This document shows, piece by piece, positions 12,701 to 24,821 of a stretch of DNA of 34,431 nt (position 1 is the stretch's first letter; each line of letters opens with the position of its first letter). The translations under genes were made by a program, and so were the position numbers. The DNA is from Diploschistes diacapsis. Lineage: Eukaryota. Location of the stretch: positions 1 through 34,431 of the forward strand of contig JALAIB010000083.1 in the NCBI GenBank assembly GCA_023645945.1. Direction: 5' to 3'. The notes beneath the pieces were generated by a model. The model made no database searches, had not been told where the DNA came from, and saw only the letters and a list, made by a program, of their open reading frames with translations.

Positions 12701-14971
12701 GCTCAAAGCTGCTTCATCGACACGTGAATTTGTAGCATCTTTTGATAATTCCTCTGCGAATATGGTTAGCATGCCACAATGCTTTAGAAGATCGCAACCA
12801 TACCCAGCAGATCCCATGGAGCTCCAATTGCCCGAAGATGGCGTGAGGATTGCTCGATGGACTTGCGATAAACAGGGTAGGCAGCAATCAATTGACGTCC
12901 CATAGCATTCCATTGTGCGCCTTGGCCAGTAAAAATAAAAGCTACGGTCGGTGGCTTTGAAGATTTTGAGAACTCCACGTTCTCGTCCTTCAAGAGCGAG
13001 ACCAACTCATCTATTGAACTAGCAGAGACCGCAGTCTTCCACGGGAAAACGGTACGGCGCTCGTTCAGCGTAAAAGCTAAATCGTCTAGCATTTTGCTAC
13101 TAGCAATGTCGTGGCGCTCCTCAAGGTACCTAGCAATGTTTTTCGCTTGTTGTTTGCCAGCCTTTTCATCAAATGCGGAGATTGTGAACAACCTCTTCTT
13201 TAATAAGGCGTCCTTCGTAGTTATCATGTCATCGTTTACATGACTGATTGCAGTCTTTAGCGACTCAGACAACAAAGAAGGGATCTTTCGGTGGAGAGCA
13301 GGAAGGCTTCGAGCCTGCAGATAATGTAATGCATCGTCAATGATGGCGTGAGCGTTCGTGCCTCCATAGCCGAAGCTGTTGATCGATGCTCGCCTAATAC
13401 CTTCAACGCCCCATTCCTCGATCGAAGTAGGAACCTACGAAATCAGATATCTAAAGCGGGATCTGAAGGCAAACAGGCCATCATACCTTCAACTTCCAGT
13501 CCTCAAATGGAATATGAGGATTGCCCTTCTCGAAATTACGGTTAGGCAGAATCAAGTCATTTTCAAGCATTAGAACGGTCTTGACCAGGCCAGCGAGGCC
13601 ACTGCAGCCCTCCAAATGACCCATATTGGATTTGATGGAACCAATTCGGAGAGGTTTGTCGCCTGGTCTGCCTGGCGAGAACACTCCAGCTAAAGCAGAG
13701 GCCTCCAATGGGTCTCCGGCAGGAGTACCGGTACCGTGGGCTTCGACATAGCTTGTGTCAACCGGATCCAGCCCAGCAGCATTATAGACACTCTTAATGA
13801 GTGCTTGCTGAGCTTCTTTGCTGGGCAAGGTGATGCCGGCCGTCTTTCCATCTTGATTAACGCCTGTCTGACGTAACACCGCTCGAATGGTGTCACCGTC
13901 CTTGATGGCGTCTTCCAAAGATTTAAGAACAATGCAAGCTGCACCTTCCCCACGAGCATATCCATTAGCTCGGTGGTCAAAAGAATAACATCGTCCATCG
14001 GGAGACAAAAAGCTTGTCGTTTGTTTAGTCAGCCAGTCACGTGGCACAAAAGATCTAAACCACAAATTTTCCTGTGATGAAAACGGGGCACTTACCGCAT
14101 CATATTCATCGTAATCATGATTTCGTGGCTCAGAATAACATTGGAACCGCCGACAATAGCTGCCCTGCTTTCTCCAGACCTGATTGTTTGGCAGGCCAGG
14201 TGAAGAGCCACAAGACTGGCAGAGCAAGCCGTGTCGACGCTGACACTCGGGCCCTTGAGGTCGAAAAAGTAAGAAAGTCGATTGGACAAAAACGCTAGAG
14301 AAGGGCCACCTCCAGTCGCCTGATAGACTGGCAGGGTTTCTGTATCTCGCAACTGGATGTCCGTGAAGTCGCGACAGAACGACCCAACGAAGCAAGAAGT
14401 ATCGCTGCCAACGAGCTTATCCATCGGGATGCCGGCTTCAGACGCGTGTCAGCTCGCGCTTCATCAAAGAAGATACGGAGTGACTAACCATTTTCAATGG
14501 CCTCATAACAAGTTTCTAGCAGCAGCCTTTGTTGGGGATCCAGGACGGCAGCTTCGTTGCTTGTTATATTAAAGAAAGGGGCGTCGAAGACAGCACGGTC
14601 TTCTTTGAGGTAATGGCCGCCACGAATGTTAGACTTTCAACTTGGTCAGGCTTGAGCGCTCGGTATCTCGTTGTACTTACTGTTCCATTCCTAGCAGTAT
14701 CTGGATGGTAAAAAGCTTCCACGTTATATTTACTCTTTGGCATTTGGCTCCAAGCTTCTCGTGCTTCCGACACCATGCGCCATAAGTTCTCAGGATTGGT
14801 TGCGTCACCAGCGCAACGACATCCCATACCTATAATGGCAATGGGCATACTCTTGTCCCACTGCTGAGGAATACCATTGGGTTGAGCGTCCATTGTTCTA
14901 GGTTGTCCGTCGACAGCATGGAACGCAGTGGATCCTGCTGCGGACCCTGTTGACGCAGCATGAGGGGCCAT
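6796..14971 (-). CDS. Highly reducing iterative type I polyketide synthase (KS-AT-DH-cMT-ER-KR-ACP), about 2597 aa, 8 exons
   Basis: Motifs: [52 protein letters not shown]; c[59 protein letters not shown]. Inferred introns 14634-14680, 14436-14488, 14013-14095, 13435-13486, 12754-12803, 8018-8062 and 7645-7696 give a continuous frame. Confidence 0.97.
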
Positions 14972-15803
14972 GATATTCGAGACTTCGGCGACCAAATTTC
15001 ACATTCAGAAATCAGTAAGTGAAGCTCTCAATTCGAAACGTTGAAGTTTTAAGATTTGATGTTGAATGTTCAAGAGCCTAATACGCTGTGGATCTTGTTG
15101 AAGGAAAGTTGCTTCAGTAATGCGACTCTCGATACCGATCTTGTTACCAGGCCTCCCACAGCGCAGTCACCGCTTTCTTTCAGCCTCCAAGAGTTGCTGC
15201 CTTAAAGATAGCGATGGTGCAGCAGTCTACGATCCAAATGGTAAGCACATACTTTACTACCTATGGGAAGCATAACTTATATCAGGAAACTTTAAGGTTC
15301 ATTGACAATTTCTACGGCCTCTCAGATATGTTGTCTAATATTACTGTCAAATATGATTCGACCTCGAACCTCGCTCGAATCGAGCGTGAATGGTGATTGA
15401 TGCATGAGCCGTCCGAGTTCCCCGACCTTGAAGGTTCTGCTGTTGCGGCTAATGTTACCCTACTCAGTAGTAAAGTTGCAATCGAGTATCTTTTCAAGAG
15501 TATGAAGACTGAATTCATGCTTATTCTCTTTGGGGACATTTGCCAACGCATATCCTATACCTTTCCAGGCCATTTACTGGATTCGGGATTTCCATCGAAG
15601 CTATTTTATTTCCTCAACTCTAAGGCTACTTTACAGCTTACGTTAACCTATTGTCTGGGTAATAAACACCTACACTAGTGCTTAGTGTAAATTTCCGATC
15701 TGTATCATGTATCCATACGGCACATATAAGACATGGTGTTCCATGTTGCTTCAGCGCCGGCTTGCAGAGCATTGTCAGATGTTTCGCTCAGCTTTGACCC
15801 ACA
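14972..15803. promoter_or_regulatory. Divergent promoter region, PKS / alkylcitrate dehydratase
   Basis: Non-coding interval between two head-to-head start codons. Specific sites were not identified. Confidence 0.6.
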
Positions 15804-17343
15804 ATGCCAGCCAACGATAAGAACCACACTGACTGGGATCGAGTCTTTGTTGACATCATAATTTATGTCTACCGGTTCCAGATCGATAGCCTCTCAGCAT
15901 GGACACTTGCCAGGACTGCAGTGCTGGACGCTCTGGGATGTGCGATCGAAAGCCAACAGGCTAGTGTCGGGTGCAGAAGCTTGCTAGGCCCTAACGTCCC
16001 TAATACCCATGTGCTCAATGGTTGCAGGCTCCCGGGAACTGCATATCAACTGGATCCGATCAAGTGTGCATTCGATCTTGGCGCGTGTATCCGCTATCTG
16101 GATCACAACGATGCTATTGGAGGTGCCGAAGCTGGCCATCCATCAGGTATTTGGATATGCTCGTGGGTTGTCAGGCAACGATCTGACTTCCAAAGATAAT
16201 CTGGGCGCTATACTTGCTCTCTGCGATTGGCTCAGCCGATCAGATTCTAGGCCACCAACAGCGCGTAGCATATCTCCGATTACCATTCGCACTGTTCTTA
16301 TGGCGTTGGTTAAGGCTTATGAGATCCAAGGCTGCTTCCAACTACGCAACGCCTTCAATGCTTATGGCCATGATCATACTATCCTGGTCAAACTCGCATC
16401 CACCGCCGTATCTGCCTGGATACTAGGCCTCACCGAAGAGCAAGCTCTTACAGCTATCTCTCACGTCTTCATGGATGGTAGCCCCCTGCGTGTGTTTCGA
16501 AACGCACCAAATACCATCCCGCGCAAAGGTTGGGCAGCAGGAGATGCGTGCTCCCGAGCCCTCCAATTAGTCTTTTTAGCGCGTAAAGGGCAACCTGGAG
16601 GCCGCACAGTGCTGACCGCGCCGCGCTGGGGCTTCTATGCTAACCTGTTTGGGGGTCAGAGCTTCGATCTTCCTCGTGCGTACGGATCATGGGTCATGGA
16701 GAATATTTTTTTCAAGTGCGTCCCCGCCGAGGGCCACGGCATCTCAGCCATCGATGCAACGCTGCAACAGGCCCAGCGTCTGCGGACACGGGGCTTGAAC
16801 CCTGCCACGAGCATCGTAAGGATTCGCCTGCGCACCCACGCGGCCTGCATTCGCATCATCAGCAAACGCGGAGTCCTGTGCAATGCTGCCGACCGTGACC
16901 ACTGCGTGCAGTACATGATCGCCGTCACTCTACTCAAAGGCCGCCCGCTCGAAGTCGGCGACTACACCGACGCAAGCCCTTGGGCGGCCAACTCGGAGGT
17001 GGATGCGCTGCGCGAGCGGATCGAAGTCTTCGAGGACGCGGCACTGACACGGGACTACCTGGACCCGGAGGTCAAGACAGCCGCGAACGCGGTGAGCATC
17101 GAGCTGAGGAACGGCGAGGTGCTGGACGAAGTCATGATGCGCCACCCCCTCGGCCACGTGGAGCATCCGGACACTGCGAAGGCGGTGCGCGAGAAGTTCT
17201 GGCGCAACATGAGTCTCAGGTTCAGTCGGCAGGAGGTCGAGCGGATCCTGGAGGCTTTTGAGGAAGAAGACACGAGGGTGTGCGACTGGGTGGACTTGTG
17301 GGTTCGAAACGATATCCCACGCGCCGGGGAGATTCGGCTTTGA
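15804..17343 (+). CDS. MmgE/PrpD family 2-methylcitrate dehydratase-like protein (alkylcitrate dehydratase), about 496 aa
   Basis: RYLDHND...GHPS/DNLG joined over intron 16147-16195; KAYEIQG, RKGWAAGDA, ENIFFK, AEGHG, ADRDHCVQY. Divergent from the PKS. Confidence 0.93.
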
Positions 17344-17936
17344 GATAACACACGCTCAGTACTATGTGCTGTTTTCACCGCTAGAATAAAAAATTCCTTT
17401 TCTAGAAGAAGCAAAAGACCCGAGGGACGGGCATTGGCTTTCGTAGCAGGGTCCATAGGAATCGCCAGGACATTTTGTGCAAGGGCGTCCCCCTGCTGTT
17501 CTTCGTTCGCTACGGCCATTTCTTTTAGAAATATTTTGGGCTCTTGCTGCCCCGAGATCTACCTTCTGCCTTGAGATGCGGGGTATAACATACCAGTGTA
17601 GATGCTCACGCTTTGGTGGGATCGATGCGGTGATGGTACAAAGCTAGAAGGCTCTGAGCTCTTGATTACTAAGAAGTGCTTCTTCCACGTCTGACTGGTG
17701 CATTGACATTTATTGAAGCCTGCGAGGATTCATCACTCCATGAACACGACGAATGGGATCAGGAAACTAAGAGAGCTTCGAGTGCCCCCGAACGGTTTTG
17801 GGAGTGCTTTACTCGTCTAGTGCGTGATTGCCCACTGAAACTAAACCCTAAAACAGCAACCGAAACGTTGTTCTTGTACTCTGTATACCGTGTGCATGTC
17901 TATCTCCATGCATACTTCCTTCCCCGAGAGAGTGCC

Positions 17937-19262
17937 TCATAGATGCTTCGTGCTGTATGCTCCATCAACCCACTGTAGTCAGTTGAACGGCGGCAGTTGG
18001 AACTCACAAGAAATCCGCAACGGCAGCATATCCTTTCTCGTAATCTGCCTTGGCCTTCGGGTCGGACACGTCCCCACTAAGCACACAGTCAAAGCATTAG
18101 TCTCCATTCGGTTCACAAGTGCTCTGTTCCGCGGAAGTTCATTCAAATCAGTGGCATCGCTGTTTAAGTAAAGAACAAGAGGGGTTTTCCTGCCTTTCGG
18201 CATCAAAATAAGAGAGGCCCATTTACCGAGCGCCCATCCACCCATGAGGCATGGCAGAGTACGTCTCCGTAAACTTTGGCCCCTTCAGACTGTCCACGAA
18301 GCCTTTGACCTCGCCAGCATCCTCGTCTCCGGACGCGAGGACACAGTAGGGAATGGAGATGGCGGCTGCGTCCTTGGAGTCGATCATGGACGGATGTGCA
18401 GCGGCAGCCACGGTCCAGAGAGTGCCCTCGCCAGCCGTTACGGCAACAATCTAAAATGAGTTAGTATCAGTTGTCAAGCCTCGCAGTCCTGCGGCTTTCG
18501 ACTGGACTGATAGGTTGCGCAAGTTGCTATTTACCTTGGCGCCCCAGCAGAGACCAAGAGCAGCAAGCTTCGTCCCTGGCTCGCTCTTTGTCGCTAGCTC
18601 CTGGACGAGGCCGTGGAGATTTGGGATGGCCGTTCCCGGATTGGCGGGGCCGCCGAAAAACGCCCCCATCGCGCCCTGCTTCTCCTCATTGTCCGGCGGA
18701 AACCACGAGGGAGAGGCGTAGGAGCCCTTGAGGAAATCTGGGATGTAGACGGTCGAGCCGTCTTTGACGTGACTAAGAAGGTCGGCGCCCTGGGTGGAAA
18801 AGCGGAGCATTAGGCACGGAAGAGAACTGGGAAGGAAAGGATGATGAGCGATGGGTCATGGGACCAAAGATTTTACCTGGATAGTCTGAGGAGCAAAGCC
18901 GAAGCTGTCGAGCGCATCAGCGGTTCATGTTCCGTGCGGCAAGAAAGGGAGAAATTCTCACATGTCGTAGACAAGGACTATAGCTGTCTTCGCATTCGCT
19001 GGACCAGTCTTGTCTGCATTGAAGAATGGAAGTCAGACCATAGCCACCGCTTCGGCGCTTCTTCTGAAATTGCAAGCCGGAAAGAAGCACAAACAGGTCT
19101 TCAATCCATTGATCTCAACGTACTCTCCCTTGGGAGTGTAGTTGGCTTCCGCCGGTGGCAATGAGCAACAAGCCTTGAGTATTCATCAGAGGAACCACTT
19201 CCGAGCATTATGTGAATGAGTTCAAACTCGCGCAGTACCTCGCTGTGTCCGCCCGTTGCCAT
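17937..19262 (-). CDS. Dienelactone hydrolase family protein (multi-exon)
   Basis: Spliced reading MATGGHSE/ACCSLPP...YTPKGEYVEINGLKT...YDIFGFAPQTIQGADLL...YIPDF...GLCWGAK (Cys nucleophile)...AAHPS...PHGWMGAR/GDVSDP...ADFF/TKHL*. It has many short GT..AG introns. Confidence 0.88.
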
Positions 19263-19830
19263 TATTGACGCTTTCTGCGAGATCTCTGTGAACTATTTGT
19301 GAGAGATTGATGCGAAATCTCTACCAAAAGACTTAGTATCGCCGAAATTCTTCTTGAAGTGACTTGGAAATTGCAAAATAAGAGAAGTAATCACGTAAAA
19401 GCTGAACTATATTGGAAGAGCCAAGCCGAGGTGGGAATGCATCGGAACAAAGGGAAATAGTGATCGGGAGGGTTACGGGAGGGTTACGGAATCTTGATCT
19501 TGTTTACACGACTCTCGGTAAAACGAGTGGAAAGGCTTAAGCCACCTGCATGTTTTCATTGTGAGTCAAGATGGGATCAATTCGATCTACTGCAGCCAAA
19601 TTGCAGTTTCACAGCAGCTTTGATAACCACTGCCTCGGCCCAAGATTTTGTCCATGAGATCCATGCTAATTCTCGTGACGGTTGCGTTGCAGCGCATTGA
19701 ATGTTAACACCCCCCAATGGAACCATCCATGAGACCATAAGCTTAAAGCGGACAGTGCTTGCTGCATGCGGAAGATGCATCCTAAACTCATAGCGCATTC
19801 ATCCACCACCCTCCATATCTATGTGTGACC

Positions 19831-21527
19831 TTACACCGCCCGTCTCGCACAGAGCTTCACCCATAGCGCAGGTTTGTCCCACATGAAAAATGTCCTCTGG
19901 TTGGTCCATCTTTCGCTTTCATCGCAAAGAGCGATATCGAAGTTCAGAACAAGCCGTGCGAGTATACTTCGCATCTCGGCGTATGCAAGGCTGCGTGGGA
20001 ATTAGCAACCAATAGAATCGGAAAGGGAGTATCTACCCACGTTTTTCCTATGCATCCTCGAGGGCCGATCGAGAAGGGTTGGACGACTCCAAGCTCGTCG
20101 TACTTGTATCGCGCATCGTTTAGCCATCGCTCTGGCACGAAAACCTCCGCATCTCGGAAATTGCTTTCGCTGTGGTTGGCCGCCCATTGATTGACACCAA
20201 CCGAGACCTGTTTCGGATTAGATTTTATTTGCTGAGAAGATAGTTAGTAGGTTGTAGCTTACCCCTGGAGGAATTTTATGACCACAGATTAGATTACCCT
20301 GAGGTCCAGTGCGTCGTGGAAGCGTCGAGGGAACGGGAGGGTATAGTCGAAGAGCCTCTTCCAGAACCGCCTGCAAATACGGTAGCTGTGTTACAGAGGT
20401 CAAAGTGATCTCATTATCGGTCTTGAAAGTCCCGCGAACCTCGTCCAGTAGCTTTCTGAGCTTTTCGGGATTTTGGAGCAAATAGTAAGTGCAGCCTGAC
20501 AGGAGAGTAGCTGTGGTCTCCGAGCCTGCCAGAACCAGCACCTTGGAAGTCTGCTTTATCTCAGACAGGGTCATGCCTTTCTCGTCTCTGTGTCGTAAGA
20601 TGTAGGACATGAAATCCTTTCTGTCCGTTTCCAATGTCATGCGTTTGCTGGCGGCTTGTGCGCTGTATTGAGCATGCTGGATTCTTGCTTCGTTAGCTTT
20701 GGGGAGGAGACCGTCCCTCATGTTCGCTGCCCATTGGATGGGGGGATATGCGTTGGCAACCCGATCCAACTGGGCTCTCTTGAGAGCCTTGAAGATGTTT
20801 GTGATCCAGAAATGACATTCTCCTGCTTCGAGACTGCCGAATGGCTGGCCGAAAGCCAAATCCCCAATCATATCAAAAGTGGTACAGTTGTACCATTTCA
20901 CAATGTCAACCTTACCTTTCTCAGGGCCGTTCACTTGCTGGCGCAGCTTTTCAATCAAAAGCTTGAAATAGCCGGTCATAAGGTCCTCTTGTTCCTTGAG
21001 GGCAGTGTTGGAAAAGGCATGCGCTAAGTTTCTTCGCATGCGGCTATGGTCCGAGTCATTGGAGATGAAGATGGAGCTTCCGGCTTTTTGTTGAAGATAG
21101 AAGTCAGGATCTTTCTGAAGTTGCTGTTTACCCGACTGAATGCCATAGATGTCTTTCCAAGCTTGCGTGGTGTTGAAGGACAGCGCATCTGGCCTTATTC
21201 GCACAATCTCGCCATAACAATCGTGGGCATCTTTGATTTTGAAGGACACATTCCCTGTCCACATACTCCAATAGTGGGGAACAGATGATGCTGCCCATGT
21301 CTTCGGCCCTGGATGTCTTGCTAATGGATGGAAATAGATGTTATATGTAGCCTTTACAAAGATCCAAAGCACCAGCTGGTACCATGATCAGCCCATAAAA
21401 TCCGCTGCATTTCGGATCGTATATTCATGCATACCAACGTAAGCCCTCCAGCAATCGTGCACATAGTATATGAACCCGAAAACAGGCTGATGCCGTTCGA
21501 GAGATCATCCATGATTGACAAAACCAT
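19831..21527 (-). CDS. Cytochrome P450 monooxygenase (CYP65/Tri11/AvnA-like)
   Basis: YFHPLARHPGP, I-helix AGSETT, EEALRLYPP (ExxR), PERW and heme motif FSIGPRGCIG. Three introns lie near 21400, 20240 and 20015. The start could alternatively be 21512 or 21605. Confidence 0.93.
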
Positions 21528-22666
21528 CTTACGTGTTGGGATGTATACAAAAGAATTCTTTACGTTCTTGATAGATGGATGGGCTGTTGAAATAATGCTT
21601 GTCATATAGTCATGATACTAGGTCGTGATAGCCACCCTCAGGCTACCGATACTCTAAAAGACTCCTTTCGGAAGGGTAAGAGTGACGTATATAAAGAGAT
21701 ACTGCCCAAGCTAGTTTAAGCCATGAAATGCATCTCGATTCATTATTAGTATAGGGATGATAACAGTCTCTAATAAAAACTTTAATTATTCATGCACGTT
21801 CTGTTCTGACGTTGACTAGTCAAATATTGATATGAGGGACCGTTGGGTACGGTGGAAGTTAGTGGGAGCTGCTCGTTGGTCGTTTGGTCGAAGTAATAGG
21901 GTATGAATAGAGTGCGCGATTTCTTCCCGGGGCGATTCGATTCCCCTCCGGTTCCAGGTTGTATTGGGTGGGCATTAGTCCTATTCCGGAGCAAATTGCT
22001 TTCTTACACTGAAATCACGACCGTAAGTAAGTAGCCACACTGCAAACAACCGAGACATGACTGCCATTGCTTTATGCGCAAACAAACGCCACCACCACCG
22101 CAAGCGTACCCTCCAGCGTTGTGCTGAAGGCAGCAAATCTGTGCGAGGGGCCCGGTGGTGAAAATTATTCAGTTACTCAAAATGGGTATCTAGCGTAATT
22201 AAACAAGAAAAAACGACCGCTGACGGATCTTTTAAAATCATAAATTAAATTCTTATTATTAATACCGAGTACTTTTTATTCCACGGTTAATACTTTAATT
22301 TAATATTTTAATTACTTTTGAATTGTCTTTATTTTATATTATGGTTGTAATTAGCTTTGTTACTAACTTTTCGTTATTCTTAAGCTGCTTTGGCTATTTA
22401 TGTAACTATATGAATATTTACTACAGGGCTGAGCGGGCAGCCGGGGCGTTGCCGATTCATTTCCTACAATATACGCCACCTATCTCAATGCGATCGAGGC
22501 TGATATTTCGAAAACGTGCGAAGGCAAGGTTCATGGACCCCTGGCCCTCTGCACGTCCTTTCAAGCTTTCCACAAACGCTCTCCCGGCGATTGTCAGGCA
22601 CCTTCAAGTAACGAGGTCAAACCCACTCCTGCCCTCCCTAGATACCCAAACAGCCCAATATTCGCC
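21528..22666. promoter_or_regulatory. Divergent promoter region, P450 / MFS transporter
   Basis: Head-to-head genes. A TATATA element lies near 21688 and an AT-rich island at about 22195-22422. Confidence 0.55.
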
Positions 22667-24294
22667 ATGTCCATTCACACGCCTACATTTGAGCTTACCA
22701 CGCGCGAGGATGGAAACACTCGAGATATACCACTACAACCAGCAGAGATCGACCAAGACAAAGCAGAGGTAATGGATGAAAAAACCGTTGTCCGGCATGA
22801 AAGCAAAAATCCAAGCCCTGAAAAGAATCCGAACATTATCAGCTGGGAGGGTCCTGATGACCCCGAGAATCCCAAGAACTGGGCTAAAGGAAGGAAATGG
22901 GCTGCGACTTTGGTAATCCATCTACTCTCTTTCCTATGCCTCCAAGCAATGAAGTTGACTCCAGCCTCCAGGTGGTTTCGATCTTCACTTTCATGTCCCC
23001 TGTTGCGTCTTCCATGGTCGCACCTTGTTTACCTCAGATCTCTGCAGAATTCAACATTACCAACTCTGTGGAAGCGCAGATTATCTACAGTGCCTTCGTT
23101 CTGGGCTACGCCTTCGGTCCTCTATTTCTAGGTCCTTTATCCGAAGAATATGGGCGGCCTATCGTCATTCAGCTGGCTAATCTCTTCTTCTTTATTTTCA
23201 ACACAGCGGCTGGCTTCAGCAGGAACAAAGAAGAGATGATCGTCTTCCGTTTCCTCTCTGGCCTCGGTGGAAGTGCTCCTATGTCTATTGGAGGCGGAGT
23301 TGTTGGCGATGTCTGGCCCAAAGAAACAAGGGGCGCTGCAATGTCGCTCTATTCCTTAGGCCCTCTACTCGGCCCGGCTGTTGGACCCGTCGCCGGCGGC
23401 TTTGTCGCGCAGTATACGACATGGAGGTGGACGTTCTGGGCCACTTCAATCGTGGACATTTTTGTACAAGTACTGGGTTTGTTCTTTCTGCAGGAGACCT
23501 ACGGTCCCAAAGTACTTCAGAATAAGGTCAAGAGACTGCGCAAAGACACCGGCAACCAACATCTCATGACCGAATTCGATAAGGCCGGGACCTCACTCGC
23601 GGTGAAACTCAAGAGATCCATGGGCCGTCCCTTCATTCTAATGGGCAGCCAGCCGATCGTGCAAGTCCTGGGTCTGTACATGGCATATCTTTATGGGTTG
23701 ATCTATCTTGTGCTTGGATCCTTTGCCCCTCTATGGGCCGGTACCTACAAGGAGAAGCCTGGCATCGCTGGGCTAAACTACATTTCAATCGGCTTAGGTT
23801 GTTTCCTTGGAGGTCAAGTTGCAGTTCTTTCCAACGACCGTATCTACAAGTACCTTAAGAATCGATTCAACGAAGATGGAAGACCAGAATTCAGACTACC
23901 CCTTATGTTTCCTGGTTGTATTTTAGTACCAGCGGGCTTACTCTGGTATGGGTGGAGTGCCGAAGCTAAACTGCACTGGATCATGGTCGACATTGGCACC
24001 ACGATATACTCCATGGGCGGTATCATTGGATTCCAGTGTATCCAGATCTACCTAGTGGATACCTACGCGCGATATGCCGCGTCAGCTATTGCTGCAGCGG
24101 CCTTTCTACGCAGCCTCTTCGCCTTCGCCTTTCCGCTCTTTGCCCCCGATCTGTATGATACTCTTGGAGATGGATGGGGCAACAGTGTTCTGGCCCTGTG
24201 CGCCCTTTGTCTCGGTCTCCCATCGCCTTTTCTCTTCTGGAAATTCGGGGCAAAGCTGAGGGCTAGAAGCCCCTACGCGGCCGGTATAGAGTAG
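22667..24294 (+). CDS. MFS multidrug transporter (DHA1 family), about 522 aa
   Basis: WEGPDDPENPKNW, GPLSEEYGR, RFLSGLGGS, GPAVGPVAGG, ETYGP, PEFRL and about 12 hydrophobic segments. Intron 22913-22971. Confidence 0.95.
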
Positions 24295-24821
24295 AAGAGC
24301 CGGGGAGCTCACCCCAAAGAGCTGGAAAGGTTGAGACATCCTGCAAGCATCTTTATTTTCTCGGAGGCACAGTATTTGGGTCATTTCATTGCTTTGGACT
24401 ATTCTTGTCTGCCTGGATCGACGCCGCATTATTGGGGCGTTAGTATCATTGGAGCTGTATCACAAAACCTACTGTCTCAAACGTATTCTCCGGCAACTAT
24501 CTCTTTTCCAAGATAGAGAACTGTTTGGGTCCAGGCCGCCGTCAGCCTCAGGTTGGCCCGATGATCCAAATGTGCCACAGTAAAACCAAGCCATCGGTAC
24601 CACCAACTCCTTTTCATTTCTCTCGAGCCGAAGGCTGCTTTGATGAAAAGAATCACGAGGCAAAGCGGTTGTCTATCAACGGACTATAAATGAAGCATTG
24701 TCCAACGTTACGGTATTAGCAGCAACAGCTCGTGGCCGATCTGCAATATCTTATTATTTCTCTACATCTATTTTCAAGCTAGACAATATTCCTCTCGGCA
24801 ATTTTTAAGGGCTCCTTCGTC

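Noticed and set aside
8064..12905. Numerous plus-strand ORFs (up to 210 aa) within the PKS
   Set aside because: Antisense shadows of the PKS coding frame with no recognisable motifs.
15214..15678. Small ORFs in the PKS/dehydratase intergenic region
   Set aside because: Short, motif-less and located in a divergent promoter.
16700..17343. GC-richer 3' halves of the dehydratase, citrate synthase and SDR genes as a sign of horizontal transfer or chimerism
   Set aside because: The pattern recurs in several genes that have ordinary fungal introns, and it cannot be assessed without genome-wide codon statistics.
19466..19489. GGGAGGGTTAC x2, telomere-like
   Set aside because: Only a two-copy 11-bp duplication, not a TTAGGG array.
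22323..22772. 149-aa ORF with a hydrophobic N-terminus
   Set aside because: Starts at TTG in the AT-rich island, the hydrophobicity reflects T-richness, and it overlaps the true MFS start in another frame.
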